In this document: piece by piece, positions 25,234 to 34,210 of the stretch | Position numbering within the stretch: the stretch's first letter is position 1 | How the letters are laid out: the number at the start of each line of letters is the position of its first letter | Source of the DNA: a virus | Taxonomy: Duplodnaviria; Caudoviricetes | Direction: 5' to 3' (one strand) | Virus record (IMG/VR): IMGVR_UViG_3300038520_000506 | Coordinates: 1 to 35,412 of that record | Length of the DNA stretch: 35,412 nt | The notes under the pieces: generated by a model | Database searches by the model: none | The model's input: only the letters and a program-made list of their open reading frames with translations | What the model was told of the DNA's origin: nothing | Made by a program: the position numbers and the translations under genes

Positions 25234-25749
25234 ATGGCATCTGAAATCGGCGTACAGACAATACAGCATACGAATGGGACCGACGCGATGACCATCGACT
25301 CGTCTGGTCGTATTAACCAGCCAGCAAAGCCCATAATGTCCTGCAAGTCAGATAATGGAGCCACTAACCTCACAAGCACAGGCATGTGGTGGAGAGACAG
25401 CGTAAACGGCGGCACCACTTTTCTCGTTAACCAAGGCGGCATCACTCACAATGGTTCTGATGGCAAATTTACATTACCTGTGACCGGCATTTACAGGCTC
25501 GAATATCACTCAATGCTTCTTGGCAATGGCAGTCAAGTGCAATGGAGATGGCTCAAAAATGGCAGTAATACGCTGCTAAGATTTATAGGTCGGGGAGTAG
25601 ATAACTCTAATTGGACTCCATTTGATGGCACGTTTGTCGGTTCGTTTAGTGCGGGAGATTACATCCAACAAGAATTTACTCAAGTTGGTCTAACGTATGA
25701 TGTGCATGGTCAGACTTATGAAAACTTTAGTATTGAGATGATTGGATAA
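25234..25749 (+). CDS. C1q/TNF-like tail adhesin
   Basis: MTIDSSG anchor; GKFTLPVTGIY, AGDYI. Confidence 0.75.
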   Translation: MASEIGVQTIQHTNGTDAMTIDSSGRINQPAKPIMSCKSDNGATNLTSTGMWWRDSVNGGTTFLVNQGGITHNGSDGKFTLPVTGIYRLEYHSMLLGNGSQVQWRWLKNGSNTLLRFIGRGVDNSNWTPFDGTFVGSFSAGDYIQQEFTQVGLTYDVHGQTYENFSIEMIG

Positions 25750-25752
25750 GCC

Positions 25753-26334
25753 ATGACCGGAATCATCAAGGTAGACACCATACAGAACAACGCCGGGACC
25801 ACGGGCCTGACGATTGACTCGTCAGGTAATGTCACGCTGAACAAGGGCATAAACTCTACACTGCAAATTGCCGTGTTTAATCGTCACTCGTTAGATACTC
25901 ATACGGCTCGTGAATTTAGAGACCGACCCTTTGACAGAATAGCAAGCGGCAGTATTACCGGAGCGAGTGTGAATAGCTCAGGTCATGCTGTATTACCAGC
26001 GGGGACATACTTCATACAATATACGGCTAGTTGTGTGACAAGCTCCGGCGCACAGGGAGAAACACTGAGTAGGCTTTATGATAAAGCTGCAAGCGCGATA
26101 GTTGCAGAGTCATATTCAGTAAGACAGACTCAGGCGCAACAATCGACTGTTTCAACTCTTAATCATGGGTCTGTCCATGTTACTTTTTCTTCTGAGGCAA
26201 GGATAGTTGTTCAAACAATCGCTGAAAATGGTGCTTGGCAAGATGTGAATTATTTTGACCAAACTCCGGGCAGTTCTCTTGACGCAGAGGATTCTCGGAT
26301 AAGCGTACAAATGACAGTGATGAAGTTAGCATAA
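25753..26334 (+). CDS. Tail adhesin paralog
   Basis: IIKVDTI...LTIDSSG anchor; LPAGTYFI. Confidence 0.7.
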   Translation: MTGIIKVDTIQNNAGTTGLTIDSSGNVTLNKGINSTLQIAVFNRHSLDTHTAREFRDRPFDRIASGSITGASVNSSGHAVLPAGTYFIQYTASCVTSSGAQGETLSRLYDKAASAIVAESYSVRQTQAQQSTVSTLNHGSVHVTFSSEARIVVQTIAENGAWQDVNYFDQTPGSSLDAEDSRISVQMTVMKLA

Positions 26335-27353
26335 TGGCATACATCGGCAAGGCACCAAACACAGCTATAGTAAATCAAGCGACGAGCCAGAGCTTCAGCG
26401 GCAACGGTTCGACCACTGCGTTTACGCTGACTAGGTCTGTCAATGTAGGCGAAGACCTTGAGGTGTTTGTCAACAACGTCCAGCAGGAACCGGGGTCCGG
26501 CAAGTCCTACACCGCATCCGGTACAACATTGACGTTTGACGAGGCACCGCCGTCCGGCACCAACAACGTGTACGTCATCTACCGTGGTGAAGCGACCATC
26601 AACCCGCGCCTAGAGCATGATGCCAATAACCCATTGGCGGCGACGACGGGTACATTTAACCGCACAGGCACTGAAGGTTCTGCTCTTACATTACAAAAAG
26701 ACGGAACGACATTCGGCACACTTGGTGTTGACGGCTCTGACTTAGTGATTGATGGCCCATCTGGGCATACAGGTTTGCGTATGACAACCAGCGGCCTGCT
26801 GCCTCGTCAGAATGGTGCAATTATTGACAACACCATTGACTTGGGAAGCGGGGCTTACCGCTACAACGACCTGTATCTTGGCGGTGGGTTGTATGTCGGC
26901 GGAACCGGCACTGCCAACCATTTCGACGATTACGAAGAAGGCGAATTTGACATAACCACGGCAAGGAGTGGAGTTACCGGCACTGATGTCCGTCCCACTA
27001 TAACCGGACAGTACGTTAAAATCGGGCGAATGGTGTTTATTGATTTCACTCAGAAGAACAGCACCGCTCCATACACCCGAAATGGAGACACCGGATACGC
27101 CTCTGGTCAATCTTTGACAATCACCAGTAATCTTCCATTTACTCCAGCCTCAAGCAACTCAGAACGCTTGGGGTGGTCACGCTCATTATCCGATTACGAC
27201 AGCCTAGCTGTTGGATTTAGAAATGGCTCAACGACCATTTACCTTGGAACTGGCGATGACAACAACTATGTCGCACACAATAACGCAACGACATCTAACA
27301 ATCAGTCAAACGTCACCATTCAGTGTCAGTTCTGCTATTTTACCACATCGTAA
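26334..27353 (+). CDS. Tail fibre protein
   Basis: MAYIG..FSGNGSTTAFTL domain; DLGSGAYRYNDLYL; DDYEEG; YVKIGRMV. Confidence 0.8.
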   Translation: MAYIGKAPNTAIVNQATSQSFSGNGSTTAFTLTRSVNVGEDLEVFVNNVQQEPGSGKSYTASGTTLTFDEAPPSGTNNVYVIYRGEATINPRLEHDANNPLAATTGTFNRTGTEGSALTLQKDGTTFGTLGVDGSDLVIDGPSGHTGLRMTTSGLLPRQNGAIIDNTIDLGSGAYRYNDLYLGGGLYVGGTGTANHFDDYEEGEFDITTARSGVTGTDVRPTITGQYVKIGRMVFIDFTQKNSTAPYTRNGDTGYASGQSLTITSNLPFTPASSNSERLGWSRSLSDYDSLAVGFRNGSTTIYLGTGDDNNYVAHNNATTSNNQSNVTIQCQFCYFTTS

Positions 27354-27362
27354 GAGAAAGCC

Positions 27363-27638
27363 ATGACCCTTAGCAAAAATGTAATCACTGACAAGATTGA
27401 GATGGTCGATACCGGCCTCGGGTGGCATATAGTTCAGGTCAGAGAAGCACACGTTATCACTGAAGACGGTGTTGAGGTGTCCAGAACGAACCGCCGCTAC
27501 TCAATTAACCCTACTGATTCGTGGACAAGTTACCCCGCTGATGTTCAGTCGATTTGCGCGGTAGCTCACACTGATGCGCGGAAAGCGGCGTACACTGCGT
27601 ATCTCAACGACGATGGTGAAGGCGATGCCACTGAGTAA
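27363..27638 (+). CDS. Small tail-fibre-associated protein (putative chaperone)
   Basis: DKIE...VQVR....EDGVEVSR; follows a fibre gene. Confidence 0.65.
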   Translation: MTLSKNVITDKIEMVDTGLGWHIVQVREAHVITEDGVEVSRTNRRYSINPTDSWTSYPADVQSICAVAHTDARKAAYTAYLNDDGEGDATE

Positions 27639-28773
27639 AATTGTAGCAAACTCCATCACAGACAACACGATTACCACGGACCAGATTGCTGTTAACTCTG
27701 TGCATGGTCGGCGTAATCTTGTCGATAACTCTATGTTTAGTATTGCCCAGAGGGGAACGTCGATAACAAGTGTGGGCGTTGATACATACTCGTTAGACCG
27801 CTGGAAGCAGTGGGCGTCTAGCGGTGGAGAAGGCGGTCGATCTACCGTTACTCAAGAGGCGATTACTGACCTCGCAAACATACCCACTGCTATGAAAATT
27901 CAAGTGACGACAGCAGATACATCCGTAGGAGCAACTGACGCTCTTGCAATGATGCAAAGGCTTGAGGCTCAAGACATCCTGCATTTAGGCATCGGCACAT
28001 CAAACTCTAAGCCACTCACCCTGTCTTTTTATGCAAAAGCACCCACTGGTGGTGGGACTTACTGTGCAGGCATCGCTATGAGTGGCGGCGGTAAATACTT
28101 GGAAGAAGTCACTATCGGCACATCTTGGCAACGCCATGAGATAAACATTCCGGCAACGACTACATCTTCTCATGCAACTACCTCTACCGGCACAGCCACT
28201 GGTCTGCAACTATTCCTTACTTTAGTAGCAGGAACTTCAAGGGATGGCGCAACTAGCGGGGCATGGGACACTGTGCCAAATGATGTGGGAACAACAAATC
28301 AAACTAATTTCTACGCATCCACCTCTAATAATTTGTTTATTACTGGATTTCAATTAGAGGCTGGCTCTCAAGCTACACCTCTAGAGCAGCGTTCGTTTCC
28401 AGACGAACTGCACCGCTGCAAACGCTATTTCCAAAAAACATTTAACTATGCCACTGCACCAGAGAATGGTGGCGCATCCGGCGTTAGCTATAACGGTGGT
28501 TTGCTTGGATATTCTGGAACCAATAACAACGGTGCGTTGACAGGTTTTTGGCAGTTTAGCCCAGAGATGAGGGCAACCCCAACCATAACGAGATATGGCA
28601 ACAGTAGCGGCCATTGGGGCTATATGACCGCTCCAAACTCATCAACCAGTTTTTCGGCTGGGTCTGGCTACATATCAAACGCCAAAGCCAGCGGCATCAA
28701 CTTCGGACAAAACATATCCGGTGACACACACATTTTTGGTTTTGGTCATGCAACCGCGAGGGCCGAGCCATGA
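27625..28773 (+). CDS. Tail fibre / carbohydrate-binding-like protein
   Basis: RNLVDN..F.IAQRG, DRW, TLSFYAK, QLEAGSQATPLE, ELHRCKRYFQK, MRATPT; start MPLSKI. Confidence 0.78.
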   Translation: MPLSKIVANSITDNTITTDQIAVNSVHGRRNLVDNSMFSIAQRGTSITSVGVDTYSLDRWKQWASSGGEGGRSTVTQEAITDLANIPTAMKIQVTTADTSVGATDALAMMQRLEAQDILHLGIGTSNSKPLTLSFYAKAPTGGGTYCAGIAMSGGGKYLEEVTIGTSWQRHEINIPATTTSSHATTSTGTATGLQLFLTLVAGTSRDGATSGAWDTVPNDVGTTNQTNFYASTSNNLFITGFQLEAGSQATPLEQRSFPDELHRCKRYFQKTFNYATAPENGGASGVSYNGGLLGYSGTNNNGALTGFWQFSPEMRATPTITRYGNSSGHWGYMTAPNSSTSFSAGSGYISNAKASGINFGQNISGDTHIFGFGHATARAEP

Positions 28774-28961
28774 GTGAGTTTACAAACGTGAAAAAGCATC
28801 TCGGCATGAGTGGTGATGTGATTGGCTACGCCTGTACCCTTGATGGCGAAGATAATGTGTTTGTGCCTATCGATGAGGACAACACAGAGTATGTTTACTT
28901 GAAAAGTAAAATTGACGCTGGTGACATCACGCCAGCAGACGCTGACCCGTTGGTCACATAG
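28770..28961 (+). CDS. Small tail-fibre-associated protein
   Basis: VPIDEDNTEY; ATGA overlap with the fibre gene. Confidence 0.65.
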   Translation: MSEFTNVKKHLGMSGDVIGYACTLDGEDNVFVPIDEDNTEYVYLKSKIDAGDITPADADPLVT

Positions 28962-28975
28962 GAGAGGGCTGACTA

Positions 28976-29710
28976 ATGGCCTATATCGGCGTAGATCCAA
29001 ATCTAGGTGACATCACCTTTCAGAGATTTACTGGCACCGGCAGCGCGACGGCGTTTACGCTGGCGCAGAGCGTCGTGTCCGGCGAGGCAATGCTTGTAAC
29101 GATTGGTAACATTGTGCAAGAGCCGGGGGTTGGCAAGGCGTATACGGCGCAGGGCAATACCCTGACATTCTCTTCTCCTCCTGCTAATGGCGACGTAATC
29201 ACTGTGCGTTTCTTTGGCCGCGCTGTGGATCAGCCGACCAGCTACGCTATGCAGCTATTTAAATATGTGGCAACCAGTAACCAGACGGCATTTACGGGGG
29301 CAGATGCAAATGGTGCGATTCTGGCTTTTAGTGGTGACGATGTTGATGTTTACCTTAACGGGGTGCATCTGGACAGTTCAGACTTCACGGCCAGCAACGG
29401 AGATACAATCACACTCGGTTCAGGTGCCGCGACTAATGATGAGTTGGTGATCCGAGCGTTTCGTGCGTTCACGGTTACTGACACAGTATCAAAGTCGTCC
29501 GGCGGCACGTTTGCTGGTGAGATTACTGCAACGTCCTTTCAGACCACGAACACGACAGTGGACACGGCAGGATTCCGCACCAGCGACCAGACCATCAGCG
29601 AGAACACCACCATCGCTGCCACGAAGAATGCCCTTGGCATCGGACCACTTACGATTGCTGATGGCGTAACAGTAACGATTGCCAGCGGTGGCAATCTGAC
29701 AATCCTGTGA
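28976..29710 (+). CDS. Tail fibre / adaptor protein
   Basis: N-terminus paralogous to 26334; VDVYLNGV repeat; C-terminus paralogous to 24508. Confidence 0.78.
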   Translation: MAYIGVDPNLGDITFQRFTGTGSATAFTLAQSVVSGEAMLVTIGNIVQEPGVGKAYTAQGNTLTFSSPPANGDVITVRFFGRAVDQPTSYAMQLFKYVATSNQTAFTGADANGAILAFSGDDVDVYLNGVHLDSSDFTASNGDTITLGSGAATNDELVIRAFRAFTVTDTVSKSSGGTFAGEITATSFQTTNTTVDTAGFRTSDQTISENTTIAATKNALGIGPLTIADGVTVTIASGGNLTIL

Positions 29711-29717
29711 GGCGCGT

Positions 29718-30263
29718 ATGGCTTCGATTCTAAATGTAGACAAGATTAGGGCGACGGGCAGCACGACGGATGGTTTGGTTATTGACTCGTCTGGCAACGT
29801 AAAAATTAAAAACATTTACGTTGCCGCCGGTTTAAGTAGCCTTCAAAACCTGACAGATGACACCTTTACGGTTGTTCAATTTAACACGGAAATAGCGTCT
29901 AACGGCCTGTCTTGGGACACCTCTAATTATAAATGCACATTCAGTGCAGCAAATGCCGGTACATACGCAATTACGGTTGGCATAGCTTTTTTCAGTTCAA
30001 CGAATACTTATCAAGAGGCTCAAATTAAGCCTATGAAAAATTCAAGTGCAATTTGTAATACCCTTTGTTTAGTCAACGGGCAGAGTGGGGGAACCACGTT
30101 GGGCGCAGTTCGCCACTTTGCAGGGTATTCCCATTCAGTAGCTACTTTCGCTTCTGGGGATGAGTTCAGTGTTCAAGCCTTGCTTGAGGTTGGTTCTGGT
30201 AACGCTGATGTTCACGAGAGGCAGTATGGAACTGAACTTCTCTTGACGAGGCTGGGTGATTAA
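29718..30263 (+). CDS. C1q-like tail adhesin paralog
   Basis: SILNVDKI...LVIDSSG anchor; VVQFNTE, AGTY. Confidence 0.72.
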   Translation: MASILNVDKIRATGSTTDGLVIDSSGNVKIKNIYVAAGLSSLQNLTDDTFTVVQFNTEIASNGLSWDTSNYKCTFSAANAGTYAITVGIAFFSSTNTYQEAQIKPMKNSSAICNTLCLVNGQSGGTTLGAVRHFAGYSHSVATFASGDEFSVQALLEVGSGNADVHERQYGTELLLTRLGD

Positions 30264-30264
30264 T

Positions 30265-30753
30265 ATGAGTACACTATTCGTAGACACCATCAACGAGAAG
30301 ACCAGCGGCAACGGGGTGGCTATTCCGGGGCATGTACTTCAGGTTGTAAATGTAACAAATACGACTCAATACAGTGGAAGCAATCAAGATGTTCTCACTT
30401 ATTTATTCCAAGTAGCACTGACGCCAAAACAAAATAATTCTAAATACCTTGTTCATTTAGGTGTTTCAGGAATAAGTAATGGCGGCAGTGGCCGTCTCCA
30501 CACTAGGGTATACCACAATGAAACCAGTGGAGACGCATCCGGCACAAACATTATTTCTTTGCAACTTGCGGAACCGGGGGCTGGAACATCTCATTTGGAC
30601 GGGGCTGGGGGTGCGACATTGGTAAATTCCTCTGGGAATACTAACACGCAGTATTTTAAGGTGTGTGCGGTAAAGGGAGATAGCTCTACCACATGGTATG
30701 TTAGTCAGTACAACTCCACCTGCACTGTTACGGTCATGGAGATTGCCCAATGA
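30265..30753 (+). CDS. Tail adhesin paralog
   Basis: STLFVDTI anchor; GHVLQVV, TPKQNNSK, TVMEIAQ. Confidence 0.72.
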   Translation: MSTLFVDTINEKTSGNGVAIPGHVLQVVNVTNTTQYSGSNQDVLTYLFQVALTPKQNNSKYLVHLGVSGISNGGSGRLHTRVYHNETSGDASGTNIISLQLAEPGAGTSHLDGAGGATLVNSSGNTNTQYFKVCAVKGDSSTTWYVSQYNSTCTVTVMEIAQ

Positions 30754-31256
30754 GCAGCATACTGAAGGTCTCCGAAATCCAAGATCCGACCAACGGGAAC
30801 AGTGCGCTGACGGTTGATTCGTCTGGTCAAGTAGTATTGCCGCAAAATAAAGTTGCCTTTCAGGCCCAGAGGTCGGGAAGTTTAACAGGTTACGACGGGC
30901 AAGCCGTAGCTAATGCGATTGTTTTTAACAATGAAATTTATGACATAGGCGGAAACTACAATCCGACGACGGGTTTATTCACGGCCCCGGTCGATGGCAT
31001 GTACACCTTTTATGGAACTGTGTATGCGGATGCGGTGGTATTACAGCTATGGCCTCTTTTGAACAATGCTAGGATAGCAAGTATAGGTATTAACACTGCC
31101 GCAGCCGGTGGAGGGGTAACCTTGGGTTCGGCTGTAATAAAAATGGACGCAAATGATACCCTCGGATTAAAGGCTTATACAGCAAGCTCTAGTAGGACTA
31201 TTTATGAAAACGCTCTGCATACCGTGTTCACAGGGTGCCTGACATTACCGTTATAG
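30750..31256 (+). CDS. C1q-domain tail adhesin
   Basis: VAFQA, IVFNNEIYDIGGNYNPTTGLFTAPVDGMYTF, FTGCL: classic C1q pattern. Confidence 0.82.
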   Translation: MSSILKVSEIQDPTNGNSALTVDSSGQVVLPQNKVAFQAQRSGSLTGYDGQAVANAIVFNNEIYDIGGNYNPTTGLFTAPVDGMYTFYGTVYADAVVLQLWPLLNNARIASIGINTAAAGGGVTLGSAVIKMDANDTLGLKAYTASSSRTIYENALHTVFTGCLTLPL

Positions 31257-31265
31257 GAGGCTGAC

Positions 31266-31655
31266 ATGGCAACAGTAGCAGACGCAATTGTAGCTCTCAT
31301 CCCTGACGAACAGTGGGTGCTTCGTGGTGAGCCGACCACAGAGGGCGAGTTTAATGCCATGTTCCGCCGCGTCATCGGCGTGGACGGGAACGGCAGCGCA
31401 GTCGAGTCCGACAACCCTGACAACTGGGGTGTATCGTGGACCACGGTCTCTGCGAAGAAGGCCGAGCTTGATGCTGCCGAGCCGCTGAAGCTGCTTCGTG
31501 AAGAGCGGAACCGCCGCCTTGCAGAAACAGATTGGTGGGCCTTGGCGGATCTGACCATGTCACAAGCGCAGTGGGACTACCGTCAGGCGCTGCGTGACAT
31601 TACCAAAAGCTACAGCAGTCTTGATGACGTAGTGTGGCCGACGAAGCCGGAGTAA
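31266..31655 (+). CDS. Tail fibre assembly chaperone-like protein
   Basis: LREERNRRLAETDW...YRQALRDIT...WPTKP. Confidence 0.8.
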   Translation: MATVADAIVALIPDEQWVLRGEPTTEGEFNAMFRRVIGVDGNGSAVESDNPDNWGVSWTTVSAKKAELDAAEPLKLLREERNRRLAETDWWALADLTMSQAQWDYRQALRDITKSYSSLDDVVWPTKPE

Positions 31656-31658
31656 GCG

Positions 31659-32207
31659 ATGAGTAACGCTCGTAAACTTGCAAATCTGCTGGGAACAAGC
31701 ACTACCGTTCCATCTTCTAAGCTGTCTCTTGTAACTAGCGATTTACCTGCTGGCTCCATTTTGCAGGTTCAGAATGTTGAGTTTACGCAACGTCATCACA
31801 TAAATACGAATAGCAGGACGGGTCTTAGTGGGCAGTATGCCGTGTCGATTACCCCTACTTCTTCGTCTAACAAAATTTTAGTTCAGACAAATATTAACTG
31901 TATTGTCTATAACACAAACGGAGTCAGAGCCGTTTTGGTACGCAATCCGTCTGGTGGAAGTGCTGTCGATGCATCCCAGCTTGGTTGGTATAATAATGGC
32001 GCTACATGGAAGCCCCTTAATACAAATTTCTGTCACCTTGACTCACCAGCTACGACTTCAGCAGTGACTTACTATGTCGAGTGGAGGATCGAAACAGGAG
32101 GAGGGAGTCCGGGTGGTATTTATGTAAATTACGCAAATACCAATGCAGGTTTCACCACTATGAACGATAGCCGTGCCACCATCACTGTGATGGAGGTTGC
32201 TGTTTAA
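31659..32207 (+). CDS. Tail adhesin paralog
   Basis: GSILQV, SITPTSSSNKILV, LDSPATTSAVTY, ITVMEV; similar to 30265..30753. Confidence 0.75.
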   Translation: MSNARKLANLLGTSTTVPSSKLSLVTSDLPAGSILQVQNVEFTQRHHINTNSRTGLSGQYAVSITPTSSSNKILVQTNINCIVYNTNGVRAVLVRNPSGGSAVDASQLGWYNNGATWKPLNTNFCHLDSPATTSAVTYYVEWRIETGGGSPGGIYVNYANTNAGFTTMNDSRATITVMEVAV

Positions 32208-32923
32208 TGTTCGGCGTTCACGGCATATCAGAAAGAGCGATAGCTGATCAGGGTATCCTGTTGTTCGGCACTGAATCTGTGAGCGCAAACTTCACGCAGA
32301 CCACCTCGCAGAACTTTATATCGCCAGCGTCGTTGGACATGATTGGCGACTCGGTGTTTTCTGCATTTGCCGCTGGCACAGCGGCTGGCGTTCTAACACT
32401 TGATGCTAACTTCTCGCAGTCGTCTGCTGCAAACCGCATACGTCAGACTGACGCCGACATGATCGCGCAGTTCGATCAGACTTCGACGGCGCTGTTGGTA
32501 GCGTCTGGTATATCGGAGCAGTCCGCTAACTTTACGCAAACCACGACACAGAACTTTACGGCATCTGGTGTGTCAGAGCAGTCTGGAAATTTTACGCAAA
32601 CCAGCACAGGCAACTTGATCGCCAAGGGGCTGTCTACGCAGATAGCAGACACCATACAAACCACGCTGGCTACTCGGATACGCGAAACAGCCCTGTCTAT
32701 GGACAGCACGTTCCTGCAAACCACAGCGCCTAGTGTTGTGTTTAGCGGCAATGCTGATATCGTCTTTATCTTCGATCAAACCACTCTTGGTGCTTTGCTA
32801 TGGGAAAATTTAGACGCGGGTACAAATCAGGAGTCGTGGTCAGAAATCACGCATACGGGAGATACATGGTCAGAAGTGTCAACAAGTGGTACAGTTGAGA
32901 CATGGACAGAAATGGTGAAGTAA
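32207..32923 (+). CDS. Virion protein with ~20-aa repeats
   Basis: Recurrent S(A/G)NFTQT units. Confidence 0.7.
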   Translation: MFGVHGISERAIADQGILLFGTESVSANFTQTTSQNFISPASLDMIGDSVFSAFAAGTAAGVLTLDANFSQSSAANRIRQTDADMIAQFDQTSTALLVASGISEQSANFTQTTTQNFTASGVSEQSGNFTQTSTGNLIAKGLSTQIADTIQTTLATRIRETALSMDSTFLQTTAPSVVFSGNADIVFIFDQTTLGALLWENLDAGTNQESWSEITHTGDTWSEVSTSGTVETWTEMVK

Positions 32924-33910
32924 ATGGCATCTGAGTACACAGTAAATAGTGGGATAGAAAAGCCCGGTTCAGGCGAGCAGTCAGGCACTTGGGGCGCTAC
33001 CACCAACACAAACTTCGATATCATTGACCGTGTTTTGAGTGGCGTCGGCACAATTACTCTATCTGGCACGACCCACACCCTGACCACATCGGACGGTGCC
33101 GCATCAGAGGGTCATTACAGGGTTTTGCTGTTGGCAGGCTCTCCCAGCGGTCAAAACACCATAACAATCAGCCCCGCTGATCAAGAAAAGCTGTATTTTG
33201 TGTACAACAATTCTGGTCAAAGCGTCATATTCACACAAGGCAGCGGCGGGAATGTAACCATCTCGCAAAGTGATTACGCAATTATTTACGCGGACGGAGA
33301 GGGCAGTACGGCGAAAGTCACATTGATGACTTGGGGCGCTGCTCAGATAAAAAATAATGCGATCACCACGGACAAAATAGAAGATGACGCCGTTACTGCC
33401 GCAAAAATTGCCGATGCTGAAAGGTTCGCATCCGGCACCAAGATGCTGTTTCAGCAAACTGCGGCTCCTACCGGCTGGACCAAAGATACCTCGCATAACA
33501 ATAAGGCGCTCCGTGTTGTCTCAGGTACAGTCGGGACAGGCGGTACTCGCAGCTTCACAGGATCATTCCAGAGCCATACCCCGGCAGGTACGATCAGCAA
33601 CAGCGTCTCAGGCTCCACGGCCTCACACACACTGACCACAAGCCAAATTCCGGCCCACGGCCACTCAATCACAGGAACCTACACCATCGACAATGGTAGT
33701 GGTGGCGGCGGTTCGTTCCCGCACGGCTCCGCTCGAAGCACACCCGGCGTCAGCATCTCTAACTTCCTAAATATCTCCGCGTCGAACACAGGCGGTGGTG
33801 GAAGTCACTCTCACGGCGCGGGGTCACTGTCAGTTTCATCGTCCTTCTCAGGCACGGCAATCAACCTCGACGTTCAGCACGTTGATGTCATCATCTGCAC
33901 GAAAGATTAA
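32924..33910 (+). CDS. Tail fibre protein with His-rich tip
   Basis: GEQSGTWGATTNTN, APTGWTK, HTLTTSQIPAHGH, SHSHG. Confidence 0.8.
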   Translation: MASEYTVNSGIEKPGSGEQSGTWGATTNTNFDIIDRVLSGVGTITLSGTTHTLTTSDGAASEGHYRVLLLAGSPSGQNTITISPADQEKLYFVYNNSGQSVIFTQGSGGNVTISQSDYAIIYADGEGSTAKVTLMTWGAAQIKNNAITTDKIEDDAVTAAKIADAERFASGTKMLFQQTAAPTGWTKDTSHNNKALRVVSGTVGTGGTRSFTGSFQSHTPAGTISNSVSGSTASHTLTTSQIPAHGHSITGTYTIDNGSGGGGSFPHGSARSTPGVSISNFLNISASNTGGGGSHSHGAGSLSVSSSFSGTAINLDVQHVDVIICTKD

Positions 33911-33912
33911 GA

Positions 33913-34209
33913 ATGAAGCTGGAAGTTAAACAGAACTGTCCGCTAAATGATTTTAACCCGTGCAAGCAGTTTGATTGTGCGTGGTTTATGAAGATAGCTG
34001 GGACAAATCCAAATGATGGACAGCCTACAGAAGAGTGGGGATGCGCCATGGCTTGGCTTCCTATTCTGTTGATAGAGAACGCACAGCAATCAAGGCAGAC
34101 AGGGGCAGCGGTCGAATCATTCCGAAACGAGATGGTTGAGTCTAACAAGGTGTCTCAAGCAATAGCCGCATTGAGCGCAAAGAATAATAATAAATTGTTG
34201 GAGATGTGA
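33913..34209 (+). CDS. Small Cys-rich protein
   Basis: CPL..C....CAWF...WGCA followed by a helix. Confidence 0.72.
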   Translation: MKLEVKQNCPLNDFNPCKQFDCAWFMKIAGTNPNDGQPTEEWGCAMAWLPILLIENAQQSRQTGAAVESFRNEMVESNKVSQAIAALSAKNNNKLLEM

Positions 34210-34210
34210 T

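Noticed and set aside
24713-31256. Diversity-generating retroelement or invertible tail cassette
   Set aside because: No reverse transcriptase, no TR/VR pair, no invertase; all genes are on one strand
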